DNA of 53,413 nt, filler included, from Sphacelaria rigidula (Eukaryota), in assembly GCA_964200075.2 (NCBI GenBank). It is 3 parts of 3 records of this genome, joined end to end, with 100 filler letters (N's around TTAATTAATTAA, not from the genome) between each part and the next. Parts side by side here need not be neighbours in the genome. Positions count along the whole stretch, not along the records: positions 1 to 17,738 come from CAXNAA020001003.1; positions 17,839 to 35,576 come from CAXNAA020001004.1; 1 more part is not named here. The stretch is one strand, 5' to 3'. The notes below the pieces were generated by a model. The model saw nothing but the letters and a program-made list of their open reading frames with translations. It did no database searches and was not told where the DNA came from. Shown here piece by piece: positions 14,301 to 26,572 of the stretch. The translations under genes and the position numbers were made by a program. The first letter of the stretch is position 1, and every line of letters begins with the position of its first letter.

Positions 14301-15438
14301 GTACTGTACAATACCATGTGCGCGATCGGACGCCAACGTAAAACCACGAACGTCTGTCGGCTGTTCTTCCTTCCCTCGTGTACAGTATTCGGCAGTAACT
14401 GGACCAGATGATCTCAAGACATTCACTTCTTCATTTCAATCGCTCGGAGCTCTGGTTTCCAAGTGAAAGGTGATCAAAACGACAAACAAAAAAACAAAAA
14501 AACGGCAACAGCAAGCACGCAGCAGTGCGACACAACGCAAGCAAGAAACGATCTGATCAAACACACGTACCGCACCTCAACCACTTGAAAATATTTCCAC
14601 AGAACACGCAATCTCCTCTGCTTCATTATGCAAACATCCATCCATCGCCCAGCACCATACGATCGTATTCTATAACGTTCATCTGTTTTTATGAAATACT
14701 CTTCATTTTAGTCACGTGAGACATGACATTATTTGTACAACGCCTCGCACCACAGCCAACCCCAATCGATGTCCAAACGCACAAATGACTACAATAGATT
14801 TGGTTCACGATCATAGCAATACTGAGGGATACTTCCCTCTCCGCTCTCATTCACTCCCCCCTCCCCAACCCCCCTTGTATCACACTTTCGACCCTAACCC
14901 CCCGTCCTCGGGACGAGTCCGTCCGCAGTCTCGGTGGATCAACCCGTATCTCCCTCAGCACCAGCTTTGCAATCTATTTCATGGTGGAGCCATTGGATCA
15001 TAACAATCACGACCACAACCCATCGCCTCTTGATCATTTCTCAGTTTATGCACGATCTCGCGCTCTTCCACGACGGAAAGCAAGCACTACAGTGAACCCT
15101 CACTGTGAGGATTGGAACCCACGACTTTTACTCCACCCACACTGGTAGACGAGGCACTGGCTTGACCGGCGGGACGCGGCAGCTACATATCACCACTTGA
15201 CGGAACCCCTCCCCCCCCCATCCCACTACAGGATCAAGGAATAGGTAGGTGCCGTCTGCCCCGTGGGGGAACACCTTGGTGAAGTCACGGCAGTAAGGTT
15301 TGTGCGAGACATCAAAGGGTCCGTACATGTGACTTCACTATGTTCAAGTGCGAACATACCACCCCGTCCTTCCTCGATGAGCTAGCTCCCTTCCCACTCT
15401 CCGCGCCCATCATCCCAATAATAATCGCGCAACACGCG

Positions 15439-17492
15439 TCAGGTGAAAGGGTTGACCTGCGCAGCGACATAAACGTGTGCGCCATAGCCATTGTTGATTG
15501 TCACTGCCAGCCGGGGGAAGAAATAGAGCGGGCTGTGATGTGATACCAAGGTCAGCTCTTCGCGGTCTAGTTGTTTGATGAGTTATTTTCGTTCCACCCG
15601 GCGTTCTATTGATACTTCTCAAAATGAACCCCTGATCGCCGAGGGTTTGTATTACAGCCATCTTATTCTAGCGGCCACTCACTCATGATATGCCGGCCGA
15701 TCAAATGCCTGACAAGAACACCTTTAGTGATTTTAGTGAGTCTTGATTCCTTTCATTTTTCAAGCGCCATGAAGGGACAAACGGATACTTCTGAAAGAAA
15801 GAGAGGTATCAAAATTTCGCTAACTGAAGAAAGGGAGAAAACGGGTGCTCGTAGTAAAATAAACAAATGCGAAAAGGTTTTACATATTTGGAGTTGGCCT
15901 TGGAACACTTTCACGCAGCATTTCACTCATCGTCGATCCTATGCAACGTCTCTTTCACCGGTCCAGGTGGGTGGGGCTAGGGTTAAGGTTCACTGTGTTA
16001 CTGTACATGCAGAATGCTGCACAAATGTGCTGCATGTAAGGCTGCACGCGCGAGTGGAGAGGTGAGAGGGTGGGGGCGGGTGGGAGCGGGGGTACTCATA
16101 ATCCTGAATGCCGTAGTCACAAGACCACTGACCTCTCATCCCTACAAAGCCGGGACAAAGCATGCAAGGTTTTCCCCGCACCAGTCTCGGGGGGGGGGGG
16201 GGTAGTGTCGACGTATATAAAAGAAGAAAACAAAGATAAAAGTGGTGTTTCCATCCCACAAATCCGCAGCCGAACAGACAAGAGATACCTGAATACTTTC
16301 TCGGTGAGAAGCATGGCGTCCAAATCAACACCCCTGTGTTCTAGGGGATGCGTTCACAAAGGATCAAACACGGCGGGTGGCAACGACCGGCCTATGCCCT
16401 CCCTCTTGGCGACCTGACCGCTCCACATCAGGTTGCCACTGTACAATACTGTATCTCAGAAGGAGAACTCATGTGTGATGAGACATCAAAAGCAAAGTGT
16501 GCCAGTAGTGTTGACCATTTGGTCGATTAGAGCCTTCCCGGAACTTTATTACTTGATTTGAGTGTGTACACCGATATTCGGATCTTTAGCGGGGCTGACA
16601 CCCCCAACTGCCCCTCGCGTGCACAGAACGCGTTTTCGTCAAAATCGGCGCCTGCCTCGCCGGTTCGAGGTGTCCCAAGGCCACACTTTGCCTAAGAAAC
16701 GCTTTACACCCCCCTCGCCCGATGGTTCTCGGTATGGCTTGGGTTGGGATTAGGGTTAGGGTTAGGGTTAGGGTTAGCGTTATTGAAAAAAACATGTTTC
16801 CGAGAAAATTCTTTAGCGACCAAGTGGTGAACACACCTCAAGCGTGCACCCTACTAGAAGAATGGCACGACGTATATTATAGTAGACAAGTACATGAGGG
16901 GAGAGGTCTTACGGTCGCGGTGCACAAAAAAATCTCAGGTTTGAATTGTTTGGACCCCTTCTTCCTCTGACCCAAAAAACGGACTCATGGAAGATGTAAG
17001 AGCACAACAGAATTAGCATTTCAGTGGAGTAGGGATATCCCGAATGATTATCAAGACGGGCATATCCTGACCCATATTCTTGCGCGGGCCCTAAATTTAG
17101 GCGCTCCTCAAGGGCAAAACTCTGGGCCCAAATGTGCACAACCCTGACCATGGCATGACTCGGGCCACAAAGAGGCTTTTTCGCTCACGACTCCCGGACA
17201 AGTACGGGAAAAGGCTCTCTAGGCCCAAGAAAAAAAGAGAACTACAATAGAAATACACCAACATGCACAGACAAAGCATCATGCAGCTCACACTTACGTT
17301 GCCGCTCATCAGCTGCTCCACGGGTCCTTGCCCTGTGACCACCTCCTGCACGAGACATCCCGTCACCGCTAGCATTGCCAAGCGACCGTGCTTGAGCTCG
17401 GCCATCTGTACCTTCTCCCACTCGTCCTCGTCCACAGGCTTGGCCAACGCGCCGAACTCTCCCAACTCTCCGGGGGCCTTATCGACATAGTC
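15439..17492 (-). CDS. Light-harvesting complex (chlorophyll a/c-fucoxanthin binding) protein, 3' two exons only; possibly LHCR-type
   Basis: Exon ~17492-17298 reads DYVDKAPGELGEFGALAKPVDEDEWEKVQMAELKHGRLAMLAVTGCLVQEVVTGQGPVEQLMSGN, containing the LHC helix-3 motif ELKHGRLAMLA, then a GTAAG donor at 17297. Terminal exon 15456-15439 follows GCGCAG and encodes VNPFT*. The acceptor could be at 17493 or 17498. Helices 1-2 were not found and are presumably lost at the 17739 gap. Confidence 0.9.
16750..16777 (+). repeat. Interstitial telomere-type repeat (TTAGGG)4 TTAG
   Basis: ttagggttagggttagggttagggttag inside the last LHC intron, with degenerate ttgggttggga just upstream. Confidence 0.9.
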
Positions 17493-17530
17493 CTTTTCTC
17501 CGGGACGGTGCAGCGAAAACAAGAACGACC

Positions 17531-17531
<1 letters not shown>

Positions 17532-17561
<30 letters not shown>
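17532..17561. repeat. (AAC)n microsatellite
   Basis: About 10 AAC units; (GTT)n on the LHC sense strand just upstream of the acceptor. Confidence 0.95.
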
Positions 17562-17562
<1 letters not shown>

Positions 17563-17738
17563 GAGACAGTTGCAGATTCGATGACAAAATAATCGTTGGG
17601 TACGTCCATCTCGGATCGTTTAATGTTTGTGTACGACAAGGACTTGGTTAGGACGAATCATCACGACTAAGAATCACCAATTTCACGATTTCCTGGGCCT
17701 GATTGCCCGAAAGGGAGAAAAAAGTCGATCGCTGGTCC

Positions 17739-17838
17739 NNNNNNNNNNNNNNNNNNNNNNNNNNNNNNNNNNNNNNNNNNNNTTAATTAATTAANNNNNN
17801 NNNNNNNNNNNNNNNNNNNNNNNNNNNNNNNNNNNNNN
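17739..17838. other. Assembly gap spacer (44 N + TTAATTAATTAA + 44 N)
   Basis: Exactly 100 nt, with a six-frame stop linker at 17783-17794; an identical construct occurs at 35577. Confidence 0.97.
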
Positions 17839-20260
17839 GTGCAAGAGAGAAATGCCACTTCAACCCCATATTTTGTATGAACCCCAAAATTTATAATCGG
17901 CTGTTACGGGAAGCGTCCGCGTAATATGTCCGGTACAGAGCAATGCCCTGATGTCGGTGCGGTTCAAACTGTGAAGAGAAGAAAAGCAAAAAGTACAACG
18001 ACAATTTGGGCACATGGACCGTGCTTTACGAACAATCCACATCCCCGCGACTATAGAAAGACCCATCAACATGCTGATTGCCACAAGTACTGGGTCCCAA
18101 CTACTGGGGGGTCATGAAAATGCGAGACGCGAACGTTCCCTCCGGGAGCAATGCCACGGTGGGGGTGCACTTCTTCCGCAAAATCTTGTCCGGTTCAGGG
18201 GCTTCGACCGATTGTACATGCAGAAGGATATGGATCAGGGCATCCCCGGTTGCAATTGCATGCGGGATATTCCTAGCACATTGAGAAATAATCCTGGCGT
18301 ACTCTCACATATTTCATCAATTGTGTTTTGGATAAGACAAAGGGGTCCTGGCAGTTCTAACTTCAGGAACAAGAAATGTGAAGCTCTACCGTACTGTTTT
18401 CATGCTGCGATGCGAAGCGATGCCGAAGTCCCCACGAAAATGCCGCCGGTACCTCGACTGTATTTTTCGCCATCACATGGCGCCGGGGGGTATGATATTT
18501 CTGCAGAGCCCACCGCCGCCGGAATAAACGGCTCAAAGACTCGTGCGCCGTCTTTGCTTTAAATTTCCTGTAGCAGTCTACTGCACTGCACAGTACTGTC
18601 ACCGCACATGACGCCGCCACGGGCTTCGGCATGTTACGCAACGTCCATGCGATAGATGTCGGTCACAACCACCTTCCAGGGTGCTGCAGGGACCGCACCA
18701 GCAGTACGGGTGGGCATTACTGCCGCCAGATGTTTTCTCAGTGCCCACGCTTCCTGTTTATCCCCGCGGCATCCCGCAGTGTGCCCCCCCCTAGCATTTG
18801 CTCGGAACAGGTGTAGTGCATACAGTATGGAAAATGTGGTCGTGATACAAACGGCGTGCGATACTGTATACCTGTCGCGACAGGTTGTTGTCTAACTGGC
18901 AGAAATTGCATACTAAAAGGAAATGAAAACCGCGTGAAGTCCGCAAAACGCTGCTGGCGTGCCTGTCACGCAAAGGTCAATATCTTCACGTGGAACCATG
19001 ATGTGGCAGGGGATCCGGTTGATTGTGGTACAAGAAAACTACAGCTACCTCCCGTATCATTCTCGCGCCACCGTGATGATGACTCACGCAAGTCTGACCC
19101 TCTAGGATAAGAGACCTTGTCGGCTGCCGGTGCAGGGTCGCAGTGCTCCTCGGCTGCTCACGCTCTCCTCTTTGGCTACTGTCAGCGGCCCCATCTTGCT
19201 CGACACGGCGCCTAAACCCCAAGGGCATCACCATTCAACATATAGAGAACCTTTACTGATGAGCATTTCTCGTGTTGGTACCCGCCTCGACCGACAGGGG
19301 GCCGATGTAAGCAACAAGGCTGGCAAGATATGCCTCTCGTTCCGCACGGGTTTGATATCATTACCCTCTAGAATTGTCATTAGAAAGTGTTCCACTTCTC
19401 GGAACAGGTTCAGCATCGTGTAAAATCATTGGTTCAGGTCATGCTGCGCTTAAAACGCACTGGATCGCCGCAACTACCGCGCCGACACATAGCTTTGTCC
19501 TCAATCCACACACACATCGACTTCTAGCTTCATTATACGTCAGGGGTCGAGTGTTAGGGCGCCTGTTCTCCACACATACCACCTTCATAATATTGAAAAG
19601 GAATAACTCTGGTCAACAGCGCCCATTGCTCACAACACCGGAAGTAAATAGTAGTACAGCACACTAGACGTGTCTGCCTGTACCCAGCAGAGCAGTCCTT
19701 GTAGCATGTTTTGCCAAACTCCGCCATTGACGTACGTATCACAACACCCCCGCTCAGCCTTTCCAGTTGGGGGATCAGCCACACGCTTGTTTGAACAGAA
19801 TGTGTCATCCTCAAAGTGCCTTGACTCAAGTTGGGGCAGAAAAGTCCGAGTGGTCAAGAAACACGGTACCTCTTATGTAAGGTCGGATCGGGTTTGTTCT
19901 CCAGTAAGTCCATACACACCAGCGAGTCACAACGCCGGGGGTATCACTGAAGCTGACACTTGGATGTGTTGGGTTACGTTTGGCGGTTGGATTACTGTTT
20001 TGCGCAGTGAGGCTCCGACTCAATTCAGCTCGAACACGCGGGCGGTTCGGAACTCGACACTCCCTGGACAATATATGGTCAATGGGTGCAAGAGACGAGA
20101 AGTGTACTGCGTAAATTCTAGGCCTACTGAAATTATTGCCGGTCGATAATAGTCGCATTAGACTCATATGTTTTGCAGGATGTTTCTCGTCCATTACAAC
20201 TCTTGACCATATATCGTTCAACGTGTGGAACTTCACGATCAAGTGCGGACAAAAACGGAC

Positions 20261-20845
20261 AAGTGGCTGCCAGTCAGCTGCGTCTGCCAGAAGGCCAGTT
20301 GTAAGCAAATCGGTCAGAACCGGCGTAATTTCGTCCAGATCATGTGGCCTGCACTGGTAGCGCCATCACCGCGGTTAGCCAAACTTAAGCGTCAACATAT
20401 GTCGCTGGCCATGGTCCCACAACATGAATTCCGACACGTCCCTCGTGCATAGTACACAAAGCAGCATAGCCCCCCTGATTTCATGCGGGCACTCTTACCC
20501 ACCAAAGATTTCTGAACCCCTCTGAACAGGCGGCCTGCTGACGCATGGGCACCTCATGGGTAGAAGCACAAAAACACTCCTTATAACGAGGAAACAGACT
20601 GTCCGTGGAGGTTCGGAATTTTCGGATGCATTCCCGGCGCAGTATCATCGCGTCATCTGGGAATGTTGCATTACCAAGTGCCATGCATCACTGCTCAATT
20701 TGTCAAGAAACAGGCAACACTAGGAGAAACCAACACTGAGGAAACTAAAGTGCGAAAACCTACTCCCCCACTCACCAGCAACAGTCGACAAGCGAACTTT
20801 CAGGGCCCCGACCTGGAAAATCGATTTCGTAACTGGAAGTAACAT
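20261..20845 (-). CDS. Candidate unidentified multi-exon gene (5' part) or spliced lncRNA
   Basis: Phase-compatible chain: 20845-20776 (MLLPVTKSIFQVGALKVRLSTVA, donor GTGAGT), 20656-20503 (DDAMILRRECIRKFRTSTDSLFPRYKECFCASTHEVPMRQQAACSEGFRNL) and 20348-20261 (WPHDLDEITPVLTDLLTTGLLADAADWQPL). No recognised domain, weak GC3 bias, and downstream exons are unresolved. Confidence 0.3.
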
Positions 20846-21585
20846 TGAAACCCGAGACTACTCCTTCCGAGTTTCATGAGTTTCTGCCGTATAACGCGCT
20901 ATGTTCAGTACGGAGACAACCTGTGCGTACAAGCGTGATGTAATCATTCGCTCCAGGCAGACAAGTGCCGGACGTGCAGAGCAACGACTGCTCGATGCAT
21001 AGTATGTACACTTTTCCTACTTCCAAGCAATTACCCTTGCCGTGAAAACGACGACTAAAACATGAAAAAACAGGAACAAATAAACAACGAAAAGAAAAAT
21101 ATTAGGAACATACAGCAAGTCAAGTCAGTCACACCAAGCACGGGAACAGTCTGAACCTTCGAGAATTCATTTCTTGCCCTTTTCACGCGCCCACTCATGA
21201 ACCGGAATATTTTCAAAAGAAAAAGCGCACTTATGCAGTACAAGTCCGGGTCAACCTTGGATGGAAAATGACCAAAAATACACATGCTCGCAACACGAGC
21301 CGGTCTTACATGATGCCCTACCATAACTTTGCGGCACTTGATAAGGAGCCCACGAAACGAGAATACATTCAACACTGCAGTGTCGATACTATCGACGGTC
21401 ATGCTGCCGAGTAACTCATCCGTGCCCCCCTCGCCGCTTGCCTCGTCACCATTGAGGTGGCACATGCCATCAAAACCTTTGCCTCATCTTGTAGAATAAA
21501 CAGATGTGACGCACAGGAGATGCAGCACCCGATATGTTGAGATCCCCACTGCACACGATCTTCGCCAGGAGTCGCGGCGTCACCT

Positions 21586-24500
21586 TCAGTACCTGCGAAT
21601 TGACGCGAAAAACGAATTACGAGACGCCCAGCTCAACTTCGCGATGTCGCGGGGTATTTGGTGGACATTCTGACACTTTTGTACTGCACTAATGACAAGC
21701 CTGGTCTTTCCGTTCGACAAATACACAATATTTCGCTGATTGATCGCACACTGACTTATACGCAACAAATTAGAGAGCACCCGGGGCCAGAGAAAACGTA
21801 TACCCGAAAAAAACAACTCTCATTGAGGAAGCTTGAGGAAAGAAAAGAGATGAAAATGATGAGAAAACTATGACACTGAAGTGAAAACGAGTAAAAGCTG
21901 GACAGCACAAATTTTGAAAACCAAAGTAACCCAAAAGTACTCGTCGCACCTCTCTCCATAATCGATTTCGACCCTCCGTAATAGAATATCCGACGCCATG
22001 AAACAATGCAAAAACCATGCCGTCACACCACTCCCATTTCATGGGCAAGGCACACCATTGCCAAAAATAAAACATGTGTATCCCAGGTGAGACTGGACAC
22101 ACGAGAAGGGGCGGGACGTTTCGAGGACAAAGAGAGAAAACAGGAACCGAACGTCCTACCTGTCGCGGGGCGGGCTGCGGCTGCGGCTGCGGCCACCGTA
22201 AGGCGACCGTCCACGCCCTATGGGAGAGCGAGAGCGCCCGCGAGGGGGACTGCGGCGCGGGGGCGGGCTGCGTGAGCGGCGCTTGGGGGAGCGGGAGCGG
22301 CCCCTGCCACCACTGCCTCCATCGTCCTGCAACAGATTGAACGCAGGGAGGGAGGCAACGGCGGGGTCGTCATGAATTGATGTGATCTACTGCAACATTC
22401 GATGTCTTGCACCCTACTGTGCCATGTGGGGAAGGAACCTTACACCTGAATTGACCTTTAGAGGGGGGGGGTGTACTCATCATCAAGGGGGGGGCAAGGA
22501 TTTTTATTAAATCTTCCACGTTTTCCGACTGGATCACAACCACGGGAAATAGTGCTCGTTGTAACGGTTTCGAAATATGCGGAAGAAACACTTTCAGTCA
22601 AAAGGTGAATTATCAAGAGCTGAAGAAACACGTGCGGAATAGGTTTCGAAGACACACATTCGGGACTTTTTTTGTTCATGCGGTAATGTTCATCACACAA
22701 GAAAAAACATCAGGACACGAGAAAAAGAACGTCAACACCACTCACGTAATCCACACGGATGCGCCTCTCTGCAAAGTAGGTGTCATCCAACTCACGAACA
22801 GCTCTCGCCATGTCGTCCCTGTTGGAGAACTCCGCCACTCTGTATCCACCGATCCCATTACAATCGCAGCAAATGGATACAAGCAGAAGAAAAAAAAACG
22901 AAGAAGGATAACGAGGAACGAGCGAGAGACAAAACACGAGACAACGAAGGAGAGGGGGCAAGAAGGCCGCCGATACAGGAAGCACCCACCGAAGGAGAGG
23001 AACGAAGAACAAAAGAGGACGTCATGACGAGTGAGACACGTACGGAGGTGGTGGGACGCCAACACCGCGGCAGAGAGTCCACAGCGAGGATTTTCCACTA
23101 TACATCCCCCACACACGCTGAGAACGGCACGAACAACATGCGCGACAGGACAGCACTTGAGATGACCAAACCCGACCTCATCCAGTTGTGTACATGGGAA
23201 AAAAAAAGGCGACTCTTGCTACTCGAGAATTTCTCGTGGTCGAAGTCTCGTGAACCGCTGCTCAACAACCACCAGCAAGCCAAAAAATCTACTCCACTCA
23301 ACAGAAGAGAGAAGGGTACAGTACCGAATAGTCGTTTCCAATGAAGCCATCACTGTATCGTCCAAAGCGGGCGACACTTGTAGAGTAGCGGTGTGGTGTG
23401 TAGTGTAGAGTAGTGTAGTGTAGAGTAGTGTAGTGCAGGCACATCATGTTGGGGTTGATCGTTGATGGTAGTAGGGGCAGCACAGAAGGGGTTTCCACAC
23501 AAAATGGCGGTGCTGACGGGGAGGTGACGGTAGAGAAGGCGGGGAGCGCCATGGCTTTTTCCCGGATGCGTTCCACCAGGAGAGTTCGGCAACAGCAGAG
23601 CGGATCCGAAAACCACGACCATCGCCACAAAATCCAACTCCGTAGTTGTTTCCCATAGAACCCTCAAAAGCCCGCGTGTTGCCACAGGCCACGATCGGTG
23701 CTGCCACCAAATCTCATCGTGGCGACACGACCGCGAATCTCAGTGATGAATGCTAACGTGTAGATCGTAGGAAGGCATCATGGAACTGCACCACGTCCTC
23801 TCGCATGAGGCCGAATTTCGTTGCCGCATGGACAGAGTGAGAAGACCCTTCCCCTCCACGACGCCGTCCGAGGAAGGCGACGTGAAACACGGCGTCTGAA
23901 CAAAAAGTGCAACAACTACATTCCACGCAGCACATGGGAACCGAAACTCAATACTCCGCGAGACGGAAAAAACGAGCGGTATAAAATTGTGCAATCAACA
24001 TGAAAAAAAGTGACCATCACAAACTCACAGAGGCGTGCAAATTCTCCTACTACTCCATGGTGGTGGCTACAGGACTGAGATGTCACAGACGGACGAAACA
24101 AACCTTGCACTCCCATCGCTGATCCCCCTCCCTTGCCCCACAATTCCCAACCGTCGTCCAAACCACAGCCTCATCGGCAGCTGAGGTGGAAACTCTCTCC
24201 ATGAAACGCGTGGCGATACGAGGTACTGTTGTAGCAGTTCTCTCTTTTGTAGGGTTTTGTAGAGAAGAGTGCTGTGGAGTAGGTGCTATGCAGTGATGAA
24301 AGCTGTGGCAGTCTCAGGTGCGCTGGTATTTTTTTTTGACGAAAACCCGAGTAATCCCACACGCTTTGGTCGATGAGGGCGTACATATTGTGTGCTTTGT
24401 CTAAAAAAGATGCATGTAGATTTGCCGCGGGTGCTCGGCGTCGGCGGCGATTCCGATTCCACTGTGACGGACCGTATCGCCAAATTTGTGACGCGGCGTT

Positions 24501-26572
24501 TGCGTGCCGAAGGTGTTGTGGCGGAAGCAACCACGGATTTTACTTCCAGATGGGGGATAGATGGGAATAGTCAGGAAGAAGGGCCGGCTCTTCTTTTTCG
24601 TCGCCGCTCACGGTGTCCCCGCCAAATGCAGCAATCAAGAAGGGGGAAGGGGGTGTTAGCTGGTGGACAACGCGGAATACAAGCGATGAATCCATGGCGG
24701 GCACGAACGGCCCTGCTGACACAAAATGGCGACAGGGAGAATAGAGTGAGACGACGAGACATTGTAGAGAGAAGAAAATAGATGCAGCAATTGTGGAAAG
24801 GCAGCAGCAGAAGGCGATGGAGAAGCGGGGGTGTTGAGAAAAAACACGCACAACGCACCCCTCATCGCCGCGCACGTCGGCATACGTCACGTCTCCTGCC
24901 TTGCGTACGAAGTCCTTAAGTTCCGACCAGCGCATGCCCTCTGGCAGGCCTGTGATGCGAACCTTGTACCCTGTGCGTGGCGCGGCACCACCCATACGCG
25001 GTGCACCGTAGCCACCCCCCCCCCCGCCTCCGTAGCCACCACCACCGCCGCCGCCGCCGCCACCGCCGCCGTAACCGCCGCCGTACCCTCCTCCGGGCGG
25101 TCCGCGGTCACGGCCCCGCTGGTGAGACTGTGAAATGAGGGGCCAAAAGCGGGGGAAATATGGCAAGCCGGTTGGCGGTGAAGCTTTTCGGAAACAGTGT
25201 CTCGAGGAGCAAAATGTACTCAGCTAAAGTTCTGCGGGATGTGGAGAATTATTACAAAAGCTCAGGAACCAGGGGCGGAACAGTTAATGCCGCACTTCTC
25301 CACGAAAGGTGGACAAATATCAAAGGTCATGCGTAATGATTCACGAGAAAGACAGGACGTCGGACACTCGACGGATGCGGTTTTTTGTTGGTTTTTTGTT
25401 GATGTACTCGTGTTTTGAAATATAAATATTACGACGTTGACTTGGAGGAGTGCTCGAGAAAGTAAGGAGAATTCAGACTCACGATTTCAACCCGCCACTC
25501 ACGCCCGTTGATGCTCCTTCCATCCACCTCGCGCACCGCGTCGGTGGCATCTCTGTCGTCCGCGAACCACACGAATGCGAAACCCGGTGGGTTACGCGCA
25601 ACCCACACCTGTGGAAAATGACGGAAGAAAACGTGATCATGCGTCAAACGATAATATATTATTAACTTGGAGCTTGAAGGAGATGGGAGGCGAACGGAAT
25701 GCGGGAAATAAAGCAATGAAGCAACGAGGGTAGTAGCGACAATTCTCCGCACGGGGGCTAACCAATAGCAGTGATGTACTGACTGTATATTGATTGTTGG
25801 GCAGGGGTGACAGCCGATGTGAGAGCCAAGAATACCGAGCGGACAGAGCCTGATACGAGGCACCACTACACGCCCCGCTCAGATTCAATAACGTTACGGG
25901 AACGGTACTTGTACCTTCAAGGACTTGTGTAGAGATGCAGTACAACACGGTACAGAAATTCAGTAAAGGTTTCGAGTACAGGTTGTGGGCTGCCGCACCG
26001 CCGTCTCTTCTTCATTCCCAGGCCACGACTTCACAAGAGGACTACACAATGGAGCAACAAAAAGTAGATTTCGCCCTTGCCAGTTTTTTACACCAACAGC
26101 AAAATATCCCGGGGTCCTTCGACTGTTTCATCTTGATTGAAAGCATTTTCTGTTTCTGTGGCCCAAAGCTGGACAGACCCAACAATTCAAAAAAATAAAC
26201 AAAGAAGGCATGTGCAGCACACCAACATATCGAACACCTTCTCGACACACACATGGAAGAGTACATCCTGAAGAGGGGTGAAATTGTGGGAGGGGGGGCG
26301 GGGGGGGGGGGGGGGGGGGGGAGGGGCGGGAGGGGGGGCGCTTACTGCGTTCGTTCACGGCGCCTTCGGGCACCACGAAGCGATACGAGCATGTCCCAGC
26401 CTATGGTAAATTCAATATATATTTGCAAAAAGGTTACAGAACAGGGGGGAAAAAATGAGAGGCTTGCCTTGTTGAGCTCCCCGAACTTGCTGAATTCATC
26501 CCTGAGATCACGCTCCTCGCAAGTGCTGCCGAGGTTTCCCACCCACACCTTAGTTCCCGGCACGTCACCCAT
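21586..26572 (-). CDS. Serine/arginine-rich (SR) splicing factor: RRM + Gly-rich linker + pseudo-RRM + RS domain, ~255 aa, 6 exons
   Basis: Exons 26572-26468 ([37 protein letters not shown] donor), 25608-25483 ([42 protein letters not shown]), 25127-24859 ([15 protein letters not shown]...[39 protein letters not shown]), 22839-22746 ([32 protein letters not shown]), 22326-22160 ([35 protein letters not shown]...[10 protein letters not shown]) and 21592-21586 (RY*). If the last intron is not spliced, the stop is TAG at 22158-22156. Confidence 0.94.
23398..23434. repeat. (GTAGT)n-like pentanucleotide microsatellite in SR intron 3
   Basis: gtagtgtagagtagtgtagtgtagagtagtgtagtg; produces the LHYTT repeats in shadow ORFs. 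Confidence 0.85.

Noticed and set aside
15094-15130. B-box-like GGGTTCCAATCC on the minus strand (tRNA gene or second SINE head)
   Set aside because: No A box at suitable spacing, no cloverleaf, and no second copy in the window.
15128-15328. Protein-looking ORF MYGPFDVSHKPYCRDFTKVFPHGADG
   Set aside because: It lies in the expected LHC 3' UTR just past the stop at 15439, with no motif or exon partners.
17783-17794. Palindromic TTAATTAATTAA as a biological site
   Set aside because: It is flanked by exactly 44 N on each side at two places, so it is an assembly linker.
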